The position numbers and the translations under genes were made by a program. The notes beneath the pieces are model-generated. The model worked only from the letters and a program-made list of their open reading frames with translations. It was not told the origin of the DNA and did not search any database. A DNA stretch of 64,000 nucleotides from Eubacteriales bacterium (GTDB taxonomy: Bacteria; Bacillota; Clostridia; Lachnospirales; Lachnospiraceae), in the NCBI GenBank assembly GCA_030526665.1, contig JAUNCI010000003.1:1635-65634 (forward strand), read 5' to 3'. The stretch's first letter is position 1. Each line of letters begins with the position of its first letter. Shown piece after piece: positions 1-8,249 of this stretch.

Positions 1-318
1 CAATCCCTGACGCGACATATCCGCATCAAGATGGCACATTCCGCCTGTATGAAGCTGAATAGATGGAAATCCTGCATCTGCAATTTTCAGAGCATCCACG
101 TCTGAGTCTATATCGGCTTCCATTACGCCGACACGATAGTTGTTTTTCAGCCCTTCCAGAGTCTTAAGCAATACAGAAGTTTTGCCGGAGCCCGGGGATG
201 ACATTACATTCAGATAAAATGTTTTTTGTTTTTTCAGCTGTTCACGCAGCAAATCTGCATCCGCATCATTATTTTCTAAAATTGTTTCCTTTAATTCCAG
301 AATATCTACTTTTTTCAT
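1..318 (-). CDS. hypB: Nickel-insertion GTPase HypB, N-terminal part (C-terminus runs off the window edge)
   Basis: Hand translation of the reverse strand from ATG at 318: MKKVDILELKETILENNDADADLLREQLKKQKTFYLNVMSSPGSGKTS...HTGGMCHLDADMSRQGL. It has the GSGKT P-loop and CHLDA motif typical of HypB. It starts 12 nt after the hypA stop. Confidence 0.8.
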   Translation of the reverse strand, partial: MKKVDILELKETILENNDADADLLREQLKKQKTFYLNVMSSPGSGKTSVLLKTLEGLKNNYRVGVMEADIDSDVDALKIADAGFPSIQLHTGGMCHLDADMSRQGL

Positions 319-330
319 ATTCAATCTATC

Positions 331-675
331 CTAATCTACTTCGATTTCTTTGATTAAAAACTCATTTCCGGTGAGCAGATAAGTATTTTCGCTTTGACAA
401 AACGGACATACTTTTGCATATTTCACCGTTTCATAATCTTTTCCACATGCTTCGCAATGTGTGATTGCCTGAATTGGTTCTATATATAGAGAAGATTCCT
501 TCAGAATCTCCTCTTTTTTTATTGCCCATTTCCAACAATCGGTGAGGTATTCATGGATAATACCAGATACCTCACCGACCTGAAGAGTCACAGAATTAAT
601 CTTTTGAGCCTGATTTTCTTCTGCAACCTGTTTAACATTGCGTATCACATGGAAAACCACACCTAACTCATGCAT
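331..675 (-). CDS. hypA: Hydrogenase nickel incorporation protein HypA
   Basis: 114 aa with the N-terminal MHE nickel motif and a CxxC...CxxC zinc site (HCEACG...CPFCQS). Length and layout match HypA. Confidence 0.9.
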   Translation of the reverse strand: MHELGVVFHVIRNVKQVAEENQAQKINSVTLQVGEVSGIIHEYLTDCWKWAIKKEEILKESSLYIEPIQAITHCEACGKDYETVKYAKVCPFCQSENTYLLTGNEFLIKEIEVD

Positions 676-695
676 GTATGGCCTCCTCTAATACC

Positions 696-3548
696 TTATT
701 TTTTTAACCAGCTCGTTTCCTTTGGTGTCTTTTTCACAAATGGACGTTTGAGTGCCTGTTTTGCTCCGTTCGGAAGAATGTATTTTAATTTATCTTCCGC
801 TTTGCGCATTGTAGATGCGTCCGGGTTATCTCTGGTAAGTTTAATTGCATCAAACTCACATTTTGTAGTACAAAGTCCGCAGCCAACACATTTGTTCGGG
901 TCAACGATGGATGCACCACAGCCGAGACAACGTGCTGTTTCCGCTTTGACCTGAGCTTCTGTAAATACAAGTTTCTGATCACGGAATGAAAGTTTGCTGT
1001 CTGCTGCTTTTTTCAATCCTGCTGTCTGACGACCTGTATGGTCATAGTCAGGAAACTTAATATCATTTTTGTCAAGCTCAACGAAATAATTCGGATCACG
1101 ACCGATTGTCAGTGATGAATTTGGCTGTACAAAACGATGAATTGAGATTGCACCTTCTTTACCACATGCAATTGCATCAATTGCAAAACGAGGTCCGTAA
1201 AGCATATCTCCACCCACAAAAATATCCGGAACAGTTGTCTGGAATGTGATGGAATCAGCTACAGGAGCCGGTCCACGGAATTCTACCGCTTCATCTTTGA
1301 GCAGGTCACCCCAAACAGTAGCCTGTCCAACAGAAAGAATTACATTTGAACATTTGATTGTCATAGTTTCGTTCTCATCATATTTCGGATCAAAACGTCC
1401 TTCTGCATTTTTAACCTGTGTACATTTTTTGAAAATGATACCGGTAACTTTTCCGTTTTCTGACAGGATTTCTTTTGGTCCCCAGCCTCCAAAGAATTCA
1501 ATTCCTTCGGATTCAGCCAATTCGATTTCTTCCGGAAGCGCAGGCATGATGTCTCTTGTTTCAAGTGAAACCTGTGAGATCTTAGAAGATCCGCAGCGAA
1601 GTGCTGTACGGGATACGTCGATTGCAACGTTTCCGCCGCCGATTACAACGGTATCACCTTCTAATTTATAGGATTCGTCATCGATTACGGTATGAAGAAG
1701 ATCCACACCTTTCATAACGCCGATGGAGTCTTCACCAGGTACATTGACACCGCGTCCGCCCTGACATCCGATTGCGATATAGAACGCTTTATATCCCTGT
1801 TCACGAAGCTGAGCGATTGTGATGTCTTTACCAACTTCTACTCCAAGACGAATGTCTACGCCCATCTTGCGCAGAACATCAACTTCTGCTTCCACAACGT
1901 CTTTCTCAAGTACAAAAGATGGAATTCCGTATGTAACCATTCCACCCGGTTTTTTATTTTTGTCAAACAGTGTAGGTTTGTATCCTTTTTCTGCAAGATA
2001 ATATGCACAGGAAATACCTGCAGGACCTGCACCGATAATTGCAACTTTTTCATCAAATCCGCCAAGAATTCTTGGAATGATTTTTTTCGGAACATAGGAT
2101 TCTTCTTTCTGTAAATCCTGCATTGCAACGAATTTTTTAACTTCATCAATCGCAATTGCCTCATCTACAGTAGCTCTTGTACATGCATCTTCACAGCGAC
2201 GGTTGCAGACATGTCCGCAGATTGCAGGAAGAGGATTGTATTTTTTAATCAATGCCAGAGCTTCATCATAACGTCCCTGTGCTGCCATTTTCAGATAACC
2301 CTGAACCGGAATGTGTGCCGGACAGGCTGTTTTACATGGAGCGGTACCTGTTTTGTGTGTATTGATACGGTTGATGTCACGATAATCTTCCGTCCACATC
2401 TCTCTGCCCCATTTCTGTTCCGTAGGAAGCGGCATTTTCGGATATAAAACTTCTGAACCGTCTTTTTTGCAAAGTTTCTGTCCCAGTGTAGCTGCACCTG
2501 CCGGACAGACTTCTACACAGCGTCCACATGCAACGCAGTTTTCTTTGTCAACATGTGCAACATATGCTGAACGTGACATATTCGGAGTATTGAAAAGCTG
2601 TGATGTACGAAGTGCATAGCATACGTTTACATTACAGTTACAGATTGCAAAAATTTTGTCTTCACCATCGATATTTGTGATCTGATGAACAAAGCCATTG
2701 TCTTCTGCCTGTTTAAAAATTGCAAGTGCCTCTTCTTTTGTGATATAACGTCCGCCTTTGTTTGTTTCTACAACATAGTCTGCCATATCACCAACAGCTA
2801 CACACCATCCTTCCGGATCATCTGCACAGCCTTCATCAAAAGTTCTGCGGGAACGACGGCAGGAACATGGGCTGGCAGCAAGCTGTCCATCATATTTTTT
2901 CAGCCAATAGGAAATATGTTCCAGTGATGAAGATGTATTTTCCATCTCGATAGATTTTTCAACCGGAATTACATGCATACCAACACCGGATCCACCCATC
3001 GGTACCATCTGTGTAAGTCCTTCCAGCGGAATACGGCTCATACGTTCAAAGAATGCACCCATTTCCGGAAAACGTTCCAGAACATCCGCATTCATATTTC
3101 CAAATTCAGCGGAACCCGGAACATACATTGGCAGAATCCACTGTTTTTCATGCTGTGGATTTTCATAATTCCACTCAACAACACCATTGTATGACATTTC
3201 CTCTAAATGTTTGAGAAGCTGTTCTTCTGTATATTCAGGACAGATTTTTTTCATATCTGCCAGTGTTCTCGGGTGACGTTTCACCATACGCAATGCGATT
3301 TCACACTGTTCATCGGTAATCAGATTGTAAAGACCCCAGTATTCCGGGCTCTCTTTTGTAATTTTTTCTTTTCCTAATTTTACTTTCGCACGGTCTGTTA
3401 CATGTTTCGCAAATTTTGCCAATGGCTCACGAAACGGTTTGTCTTTGATTCCTTCCGGAACAAAACCGGCACGAGGGTCTTTTCTATTACGATCCTTGTC
3501 AAGAGCATAAGGAGTCATAATATCTTCACGAGTAATTTTGTGGCTCAT
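696..3548 (-). CDS. Large multi-domain Fe-S flavoprotein: Cys-rich N-terminal module, GltD/NfnB-like NAD(P)H:FAD oxidoreductase domain and C-terminal 2x[4Fe-4S] ferredoxin
   Basis: The ORF is 696..3620. I prefer the start at MSHKIT (ATG at 3548) because GGGAG lies 7 nt upstream. Motifs: CSCRRS..C, CNCNVNVC, CVACGRCVEVCP, CKTACPAHIPVQ..NPLPAICGHVCNRRCEDAC (GltD-type), GAGPAGISCAYYL (dinucleotide fold) and CLGCGA..CVGCGLCTTKC. Confidence 0.8.
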   Translation of the reverse strand: MSHKITREDIMTPYALDKDRNRKDPRAGFVPEGIKDKPFREPLAKFAKHVTDRAKVKLGKEKITKESPEYWGLYNLITDEQCEIALRMVKRHPRTLADMKKICPEYTEEQLLKHLEEMSYNGVVEWNYENPQHEKQWILPMYVPGSAEFGNMNADVLERFPEMGAFFERMSRIPLEGLTQMVPMGGSGVGMHVIPVEKSIEMENTSSSLEHISYWLKKYDGQLAASPCSCRRSRRTFDEGCADDPEGWCVAVGDMADYVVETNKGGRYITKEEALAIFKQAEDNGFVHQITNIDGEDKIFAICNCNVNVCYALRTSQLFNTPNMSRSAYVAHVDKENCVACGRCVEVCPAGAATLGQKLCKKDGSEVLYPKMPLPTEQKWGREMWTEDYRDINRINTHKTGTAPCKTACPAHIPVQGYLKMAAQGRYDEALALIKKYNPLPAICGHVCNRRCEDACTRATVDEAIAIDEVKKFVAMQDLQKEESYVPKKIIPRILGGFDEKVAIIGAGPAGISCAYYLAEKGYKPTLFDKNKKPGGMVTYGIPSFVLEKDVVEAEVDVLRKMGVDIRLGVEVGKDITIAQLREQGYKAFYIAIGCQGGRGVNVPGEDSIGVMKGVDLLHTVIDDESYKLEGDTVVIGGGNVAIDVSRTALRCGSSKISQVSLETRDIMPALPEEIELAESEGIEFFGGWGPKEILSENGKVTGIIFKKCTQVKNAEGRFDPKYDENETMTIKCSNVILSVGQATVWGDLLKDEAVEFRGPAPVADSITFQTTVPDIFVGGDMLYGPRFAIDAIACGKEGAISIHRFVQPNSSLTIGRDPNYFVELDKNDIKFPDYDHTGRQTAGLKKAADSKLSFRDQKLVFTEAQVKAETARCLGCGASIVDPNKCVGCGLCTTKCEFDAIKLTRDNPDASTMRKAEDKLKYILPNGAKQALKRPFVKKTPKETSWLKK

Positions 3549-3599
3549 TTGAATCTCCCTTTCATTTATATGTTTTTTTATTTTTGTTATGAGCGTAAA

Positions 3600-3628
3600 T
3601 AGAGGGAATGTAAAATGCATTCCCTCTA
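3600..3628 (-). promoter_or_regulatory. Strong 11-bp hairpin between the membrane-protein gene and the flavoprotein gene
   Basis: TAGAGGGAATG ... CATTCCCTCTA starts 14 nt after the stop codon. The only T-tract is weak (TATTTAC), so this is more likely a partial terminator or processing/stability element. Confidence 0.45.
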
Positions 3629-3641
3629 AAGCTATTAAAAA

Positions 3642-4742
3642 TTATTCAACACGTGCAAGAGCTTCTTCGTAATCTCTTGTTCCTACCCAGATATCCTGTG
3701 TATATGGGTTTTTCTTCATCTTTACAGATCTCTTTACGATTACTGCAAGACAAATCACATTAGCTGCTAAAGCAATAATAGCAACGACACCCTGTGCAGT
3801 CGGGTTTGCCGTGATTCCCATGCTTGCAATTACTTCTCCAGAAGTGTTTACACCACTGTTGTATACTTCAATTGCTTTTTCATACAGGTCAAGGGCTTTC
3901 ACACCATTGGCTGCCGCACCACCGTATACGGATGGAAGTACTGAGAATGTATTGCTAAGCTGGAACAATGGAAATACCTGTGCAAACATACACCAGATTG
4001 CCAGTGTATTGGCGCGGTTCTGAATCCATCCTCCTCTGTTCCAAAGTGCATTTGCAAATGTTGGAGCCAGAAGAAGTGCAACACCACAATACCATGTATG
4101 TGTTGGAAGGTTTGAATAAGTATATTCAAAGTTCCAAAGGTCATATGCTACGATGAACCAGATTGTCATATCCGGCCATACCATATCTTTGTGGTCTTTT
4201 GAAGAATATACATTCCACCATGCTGTCATACAGAAGATATTCAGAACACCTGCAAGCGCATTTACGATGTTCCACCATCCGCCGTAAAGGAACACACCTT
4301 CGTTTGATGCCCACCATGCACCTGCAAAGCTTCCGATTGCTTTGTATGCATTGATTGCAGATTCCATATCAGAAACAACTGCGATAAGAATGTTTGCTGC
4401 AACGATCAGCCATGGGAACATTTTGAACCAGTGCTGTTTTCCGATTCCCCATTTGTATTTGATCATCATGAAACCTACACAGCCGATATCTGCTGCGTAA
4501 AGTTTAAAATAATGGAACCATCCGTTCATATATTCATAGGTCTGGTTCTCATGTCCGCCAAACATTCCAAACTGGATGCCTGCGAAATATCCCGTCAAAA
4601 TTAACGGAATAATGATAAAAATCAAAACGCCGCCAAACTTCGTTCTTCTGCCGATCTCATTCATTACGATCAGACCGACAAAAACCATAACCCAGCCGAG
4701 CAGCTGTGTGGCAGCTGTGCTGCCGTAAATCTGAAATAACAT
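3642..4742 (-). CDS. Uncharacterised polytopic membrane protein (Trp-rich, about 10 predicted TM segments)
   Basis: 366-aa ORF, hydrophobic throughout. It has a strong RBS (TAGGGAGG) and a TTGATA-17-TATAAT promoter upstream. I cannot assign a family from memory. Confidence 0.7.
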   Translation of the reverse strand: MLFQIYGSTAATQLLGWVMVFVGLIVMNEIGRRTKFGGVLIFIIIPLILTGYFAGIQFGMFGGHENQTYEYMNGWFHYFKLYAADIGCVGFMMIKYKWGIGKQHWFKMFPWLIVAANILIAVVSDMESAINAYKAIGSFAGAWWASNEGVFLYGGWWNIVNALAGVLNIFCMTAWWNVYSSKDHKDMVWPDMTIWFIVAYDLWNFEYTYSNLPTHTWYCGVALLLAPTFANALWNRGGWIQNRANTLAIWCMFAQVFPLFQLSNTFSVLPSVYGGAAANGVKALDLYEKAIEVYNSGVNTSGEVIASMGITANPTAQGVVAIIALAANVICLAVIVKRSVKMKKNPYTQDIWVGTRDYEEALARVE

Positions 4743-4775
4743 AAAAATGCCTCCCTAAAATATTGTACCAATCGC

Positions 4776-4804
4776 ATTATAATACTTTGTTAAAAAAATA
4801 TCAA
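4776..4804 (-). promoter_or_regulatory. Promoter of the membrane-protein / flavoprotein / hypAB operon (TTGATA-17-TATAAT)
   Basis: Hexamers read on the minus strand, about 30 nt upstream of RBS TAGGGAGG. Confidence 0.55.
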
Positions 4805-4900
4805 TCGTTTTTTTATAATAAAACTTGTTTTTTTATGGTTGAGCGCTTTTCGTTGTCGTGCTATAGTGTCAATGAATAAATCAAGGATGGTATTATTAAT

Positions 4901-6607
4901 ATGTTAAAAAAGTTTCTCCCCTACTATCGACCATATAAACTGGTCTTTTTTATTGATTTGTTTTGCGCAACGATGATTAGCCTGATTGATCTGGCTTATC
5001 CTCAGGTATTGCGCGCTATGGCAAACACTGTTTTTACAAAGCAGGACCAGATTATGCCAATTCTTCCGCTTCTGGCTGTATCACTGTTAATCGCATATCT
5101 GGTACAGACCGCATGCAATTATTATACCTGTTGTCAGGGACATATGATGGGTGCTCAGATGGAGCGTGATATGCGAAAAGAATTGTTCGAACATTATGAA
5201 CGACTTTCTTTTTCTTTTTATGATAAAAACAATTCCGGACAAATGATGAGCCGACTGATTTCTGACTTATTCGACATCTCAGAAATGGCACATCACGCAC
5301 CGGAAAATCTGTTTGTCGCACTGATCAAACTGATTGGATCTTTTGTTTTCTTGTTTATGATTCAATGGAAACTGGCACTGATGCTTGCGTTTTGTGTGCT
5401 TTTGATGATTCTTTTCACCGGCAAAATAAATGCCTGGATGAAAGAAACCTTTGCCGATAATCGTCGAAAAATCGGTATTATCAATGGTATTTTGCAAAAT
5501 TCCTTCTCCGGAATCCGTATTGTTCAGGCCTTTGGAAACGAAGAAATTGAACATGAAAAATTTCGCGTCGGAAATGATGGATTCCTTGCTTCAAAGAAAA
5601 ATAACTATCATGCAATGGGAACCTTTCAGGCCGGAAATACTTTCTTTATCGGTTTGATTTATACTGTAACCCTGGTTGGCGGCGGTTATCTGATTGCTCA
5701 CGGTGAAATGCAGCCCGCAGATCTTGCAATGTATGCATTGTATATCGGTGTTTTCACTGCTCCAATCCGTATTTTAATTGAATTAACAGAAATGATCCAG
5801 AAAGGCTTTTCCGGATTCCAGCGTTTCCTCGATGTTGTGGAAGCCGAACCGGAAATTGTGAATGTACCGGATGCAAAGCCACTCCTTCATCCTGAAGGTG
5901 CGATCACTTTTGAAGATGTTTGTTTCCGTTACGAAGAGGAAGAAAAAGTTCTCGAACACATCTCCTTTTCCATTGAACCGGGAAAATCTGTTGCTATCGT
6001 TGGTCCGTCCGGCGGTGGAAAAACAACGATTTGTTCACTCCTGCCACGTTTTTATGATATAAACAGTGGTGCAATTACCATTGGCGGACAGAACATTCAC
6101 GATGTCACACTGGAATCGCTTCGCGGTGCGATCGGAACAGTTCAACAGGATGTATATCTGTTTGATGGTACAATTCGTGAAAATATTGCCTATGGAAAAC
6201 CGGGGGCTGCTGAGGAAGAAATTGTGGATGCTGCAATCAAAGCAAATATTCACGACTATATCATGAGCCTTCCGGAAGGCTACGATACTTTAGTCGGCGA
6301 ACGTGGAGCCAGACTCTCCGGTGGTCAAAAACAGCGTATTTCCATTGCCAGAGTCTTTTTGAAAAATCCTCCGATCCTGATTCTTGATGAAGCGACAAGC
6401 GCACTTGATAACGAAAGCGAAAAATTCATTCAGGAAAGTCTGGATGCTCTTTCAAAACAAAGAACCACAATTACCATCGCACACAGATTATCAACGATCC
6501 AAAATGCCGATGAAATACTTGTGGTCGACAATCACAAAATCAAAGAACGCGGAACCCATGAGTCACTCATGGCACTCGGCGGTATCTATGCCAATTATCA
6601 TATGTAA
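4901..6607 (+). CDS. ABC transporter, fused permease/ATP-binding protein (MsbA/multidrug-exporter type)
   Basis: 568 aa with an N-terminal 6-TM domain, Walker A GPSGGGKTT, signature LSGGQKQR and Walker B ILILDEATSALD. Confidence 0.9.
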   Translation: MLKKFLPYYRPYKLVFFIDLFCATMISLIDLAYPQVLRAMANTVFTKQDQIMPILPLLAVSLLIAYLVQTACNYYTCCQGHMMGAQMERDMRKELFEHYERLSFSFYDKNNSGQMMSRLISDLFDISEMAHHAPENLFVALIKLIGSFVFLFMIQWKLALMLAFCVLLMILFTGKINAWMKETFADNRRKIGIINGILQNSFSGIRIVQAFGNEEIEHEKFRVGNDGFLASKKNNYHAMGTFQAGNTFFIGLIYTVTLVGGGYLIAHGEMQPADLAMYALYIGVFTAPIRILIELTEMIQKGFSGFQRFLDVVEAEPEIVNVPDAKPLLHPEGAITFEDVCFRYEEEEKVLEHISFSIEPGKSVAIVGPSGGGKTTICSLLPRFYDINSGAITIGGQNIHDVTLESLRGAIGTVQQDVYLFDGTIRENIAYGKPGAAEEEIVDAAIKANIHDYIMSLPEGYDTLVGERGARLSGGQKQRISIARVFLKNPPILILDEATSALDNESEKFIQESLDALSKQRTTITIAHRLSTIQNADEILVVDNHKIKERGTHESLMALGGIYANYHM

Positions 6608-6690
6608 GATCAATTAGAAACTAAAAGGAGATTAGCAGGTTGTTATTTCTTCTGTCTGACTGACAGGATTCACATCAACCCACTAATCTC

Positions 6691-7497
6691 CTATTTATTT
6701 CTGTAGTGATAACATATACTTACGAAATGTCCTAATATAATTCGGCCATTGAGATCATTATAGTATATATACATATTTTCCGGATGCCATTGTGTTGCAT
6801 AAATCGGTAATGAAGTATGTTCAATTGCTTCAATTCTTCCATCCGCAGAAACCATAGTTGCTTTTAGATTTTTACCAAGCTTTCGAACTGCCTGATGGTG
6901 AAGACTAAGTGTACGAACCTTTTTCCCATTATAGGCCTTATACATTAAACTTTTCTTTGTTACTTTCTTTGAACTTTGCACGACGGAATAGTTCTTAGGC
7001 GTTACTGTATGCCAAACCCCTCGATGATTTTTCATATCCTGATACAATGTTCCACCGAAGTAAACATTTATTATCTGAAGCCCTCGACACAATCCAAAAA
7101 CCGGTTTCTTTGCCTGCACAAATTTCTTTAACCATGCAAATTGCACCGCATCGTAAGTTGTATTAATATTGAAACTTCCTTGATTTTTCTGACCATAACG
7201 ACTTGGATGGATATCACCGCCGCCAGGCAAAATCAAACCATCGTATTTACGAATATCACAATTTTTTGATGCAACAGTACAGCGAACATCATATACCTTA
7301 CTTGTTCTGGTTATTTTTGCAATAGCACTCTTCACATTATTAACACTGGAAGATTCTCCCGGTGCTACCAGCAATCGCACGATCTTTTTGGAACTTTTGG
7401 CTGCCGCCTCTGTATTTTTTGGAAAAAATGCTGCTAAAGTAAAGACCGCCAAAAACAAAAATACAAGATATCTTTTACTTATACTTCGTTGTTTCAT
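6691..7497 (-). CDS. Class I glutamine amidotransferase-like peptidase C26 (gamma-glutamyl hydrolase family) with N-terminal signal peptide
   Basis: 268 aa. Signal-like N-terminus MKQRSISKRYLVFLFLAVFTLAAFFPKNTEAA. Catalytic motifs GLCRGLQ, HHQAV and QWHPE. Confidence 0.8.
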   Translation of the reverse strand: MKQRSISKRYLVFLFLAVFTLAAFFPKNTEAAAKSSKKIVRLLVAPGESSSVNNVKSAIAKITRTSKVYDVRCTVASKNCDIRKYDGLILPGGGDIHPSRYGQKNQGSFNINTTYDAVQFAWLKKFVQAKKPVFGLCRGLQIINVYFGGTLYQDMKNHRGVWHTVTPKNYSVVQSSKKVTKKSLMYKAYNGKKVRTLSLHHQAVRKLGKNLKATMVSADGRIEAIEHTSLPIYATQWHPENMYIYYNDLNGRIILGHFVSICYHYRNK

Positions 7498-7558
7498 ATG
7501 GATTTCCTTTTGATTTAAAACGATTATTTTATAATATATACGTCACTTCATAAACCAA

Positions 7559-7588
7559 ATTATATATTTTCAGAAGTCCAACTGTCAA
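7559..7588 (-). promoter_or_regulatory. Promoter of the secreted C26 peptidase gene (TTGACA-18-TATAAT)
   Basis: Consensus hexamers on the minus strand, about 60 nt upstream of the ATG at 7497. Confidence 0.55.
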
Positions 7589-7891
7589 CAAAATTATCTC
7601 GACATAATTTACATAATATCTACAGAATAATCAGCATATTACTTACAAAATAAGTCGCACCAATGCAGAAGAATAACATATGGCATAGATACATAAAATT
7701 CTTTTTGCTTTTTTTGTCATTGGATATCCCACCTTATATATTATATCAGTTAGTTTTAACTAACTCTATATATAATATATCATTTATCTATTTTCAATTC
7801 AACCACAAATGTAAGAATAAATCTTTCACCATCTTATAATTGTTTTTCATAAATGAATGTCATATTTTTTTATACAATTGTCGATTAAAAA

Positions 7892-7938
7892 AAGATTGAG
7901 TTAAATTTTCACATGAAGTAAATACTTAACTCAATCTT
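7892..7938. terminator. Bidirectional terminator downstream of tRNA-Glu
   Basis: AAGATTGAGTTAA ... TTAACTCAATCTT, flanked by A- and T-runs. Confidence 0.7.
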
Positions 7939-7961
7939 TTTTGCTTTTTCTAATAAATAAA

Positions 7962-8033
7962 CAGCCAGTACGGGAATCGAACCCGTGTTTTCGCCGTGAG
8001 AGGGCGACGTCTTAACCCCTTGACCAACTGGCC
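7962..8033 (-). tRNA. tRNA-Glu(CUC): tRNA-Glu, anticodon CTC
   Basis: The reverse complement GGCCAGTTGGTCAAGGGGTTAAGACGTCGCCCTCTCACGGCGAAAACACGGGTTCGATTCCCGTACTGGCTG folds as a cloverleaf. Acceptor is GGCCAGT/ACTGGCT, anticodon stem TCGCC/GGCGA and loop CTCTCAC. No CCA is encoded. Confidence 0.9.
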
Positions 8034-8249
8034 TTGTCGATTGACTTATTTAGTATATAGTATATTGGATATAATTGCAAGCTTTTTTCGTATTTATTTT
8101 ACGATGTCTTTTCCACTTCAAGCTCTTCTCCATTTCACTCAAATAAAATCCCTTCCGAATTAAAATTCAGGAAACGATTTATATCCTGCTTTTCTTTTCG
8201 GAAGGGTTTCTAATTTTATTACAGACTTTTGGGAATTTTGAGTTTCTCT

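Noticed and set aside
7498-8249. Integrated mobile element next to tRNA-Glu
   Set aside because: There is no integrase, no direct repeat of the tRNA 3' end and no phage- or IS-like ORFs. The region holds only AT-rich promoter/terminator DNA and one tiny candidate ORF.
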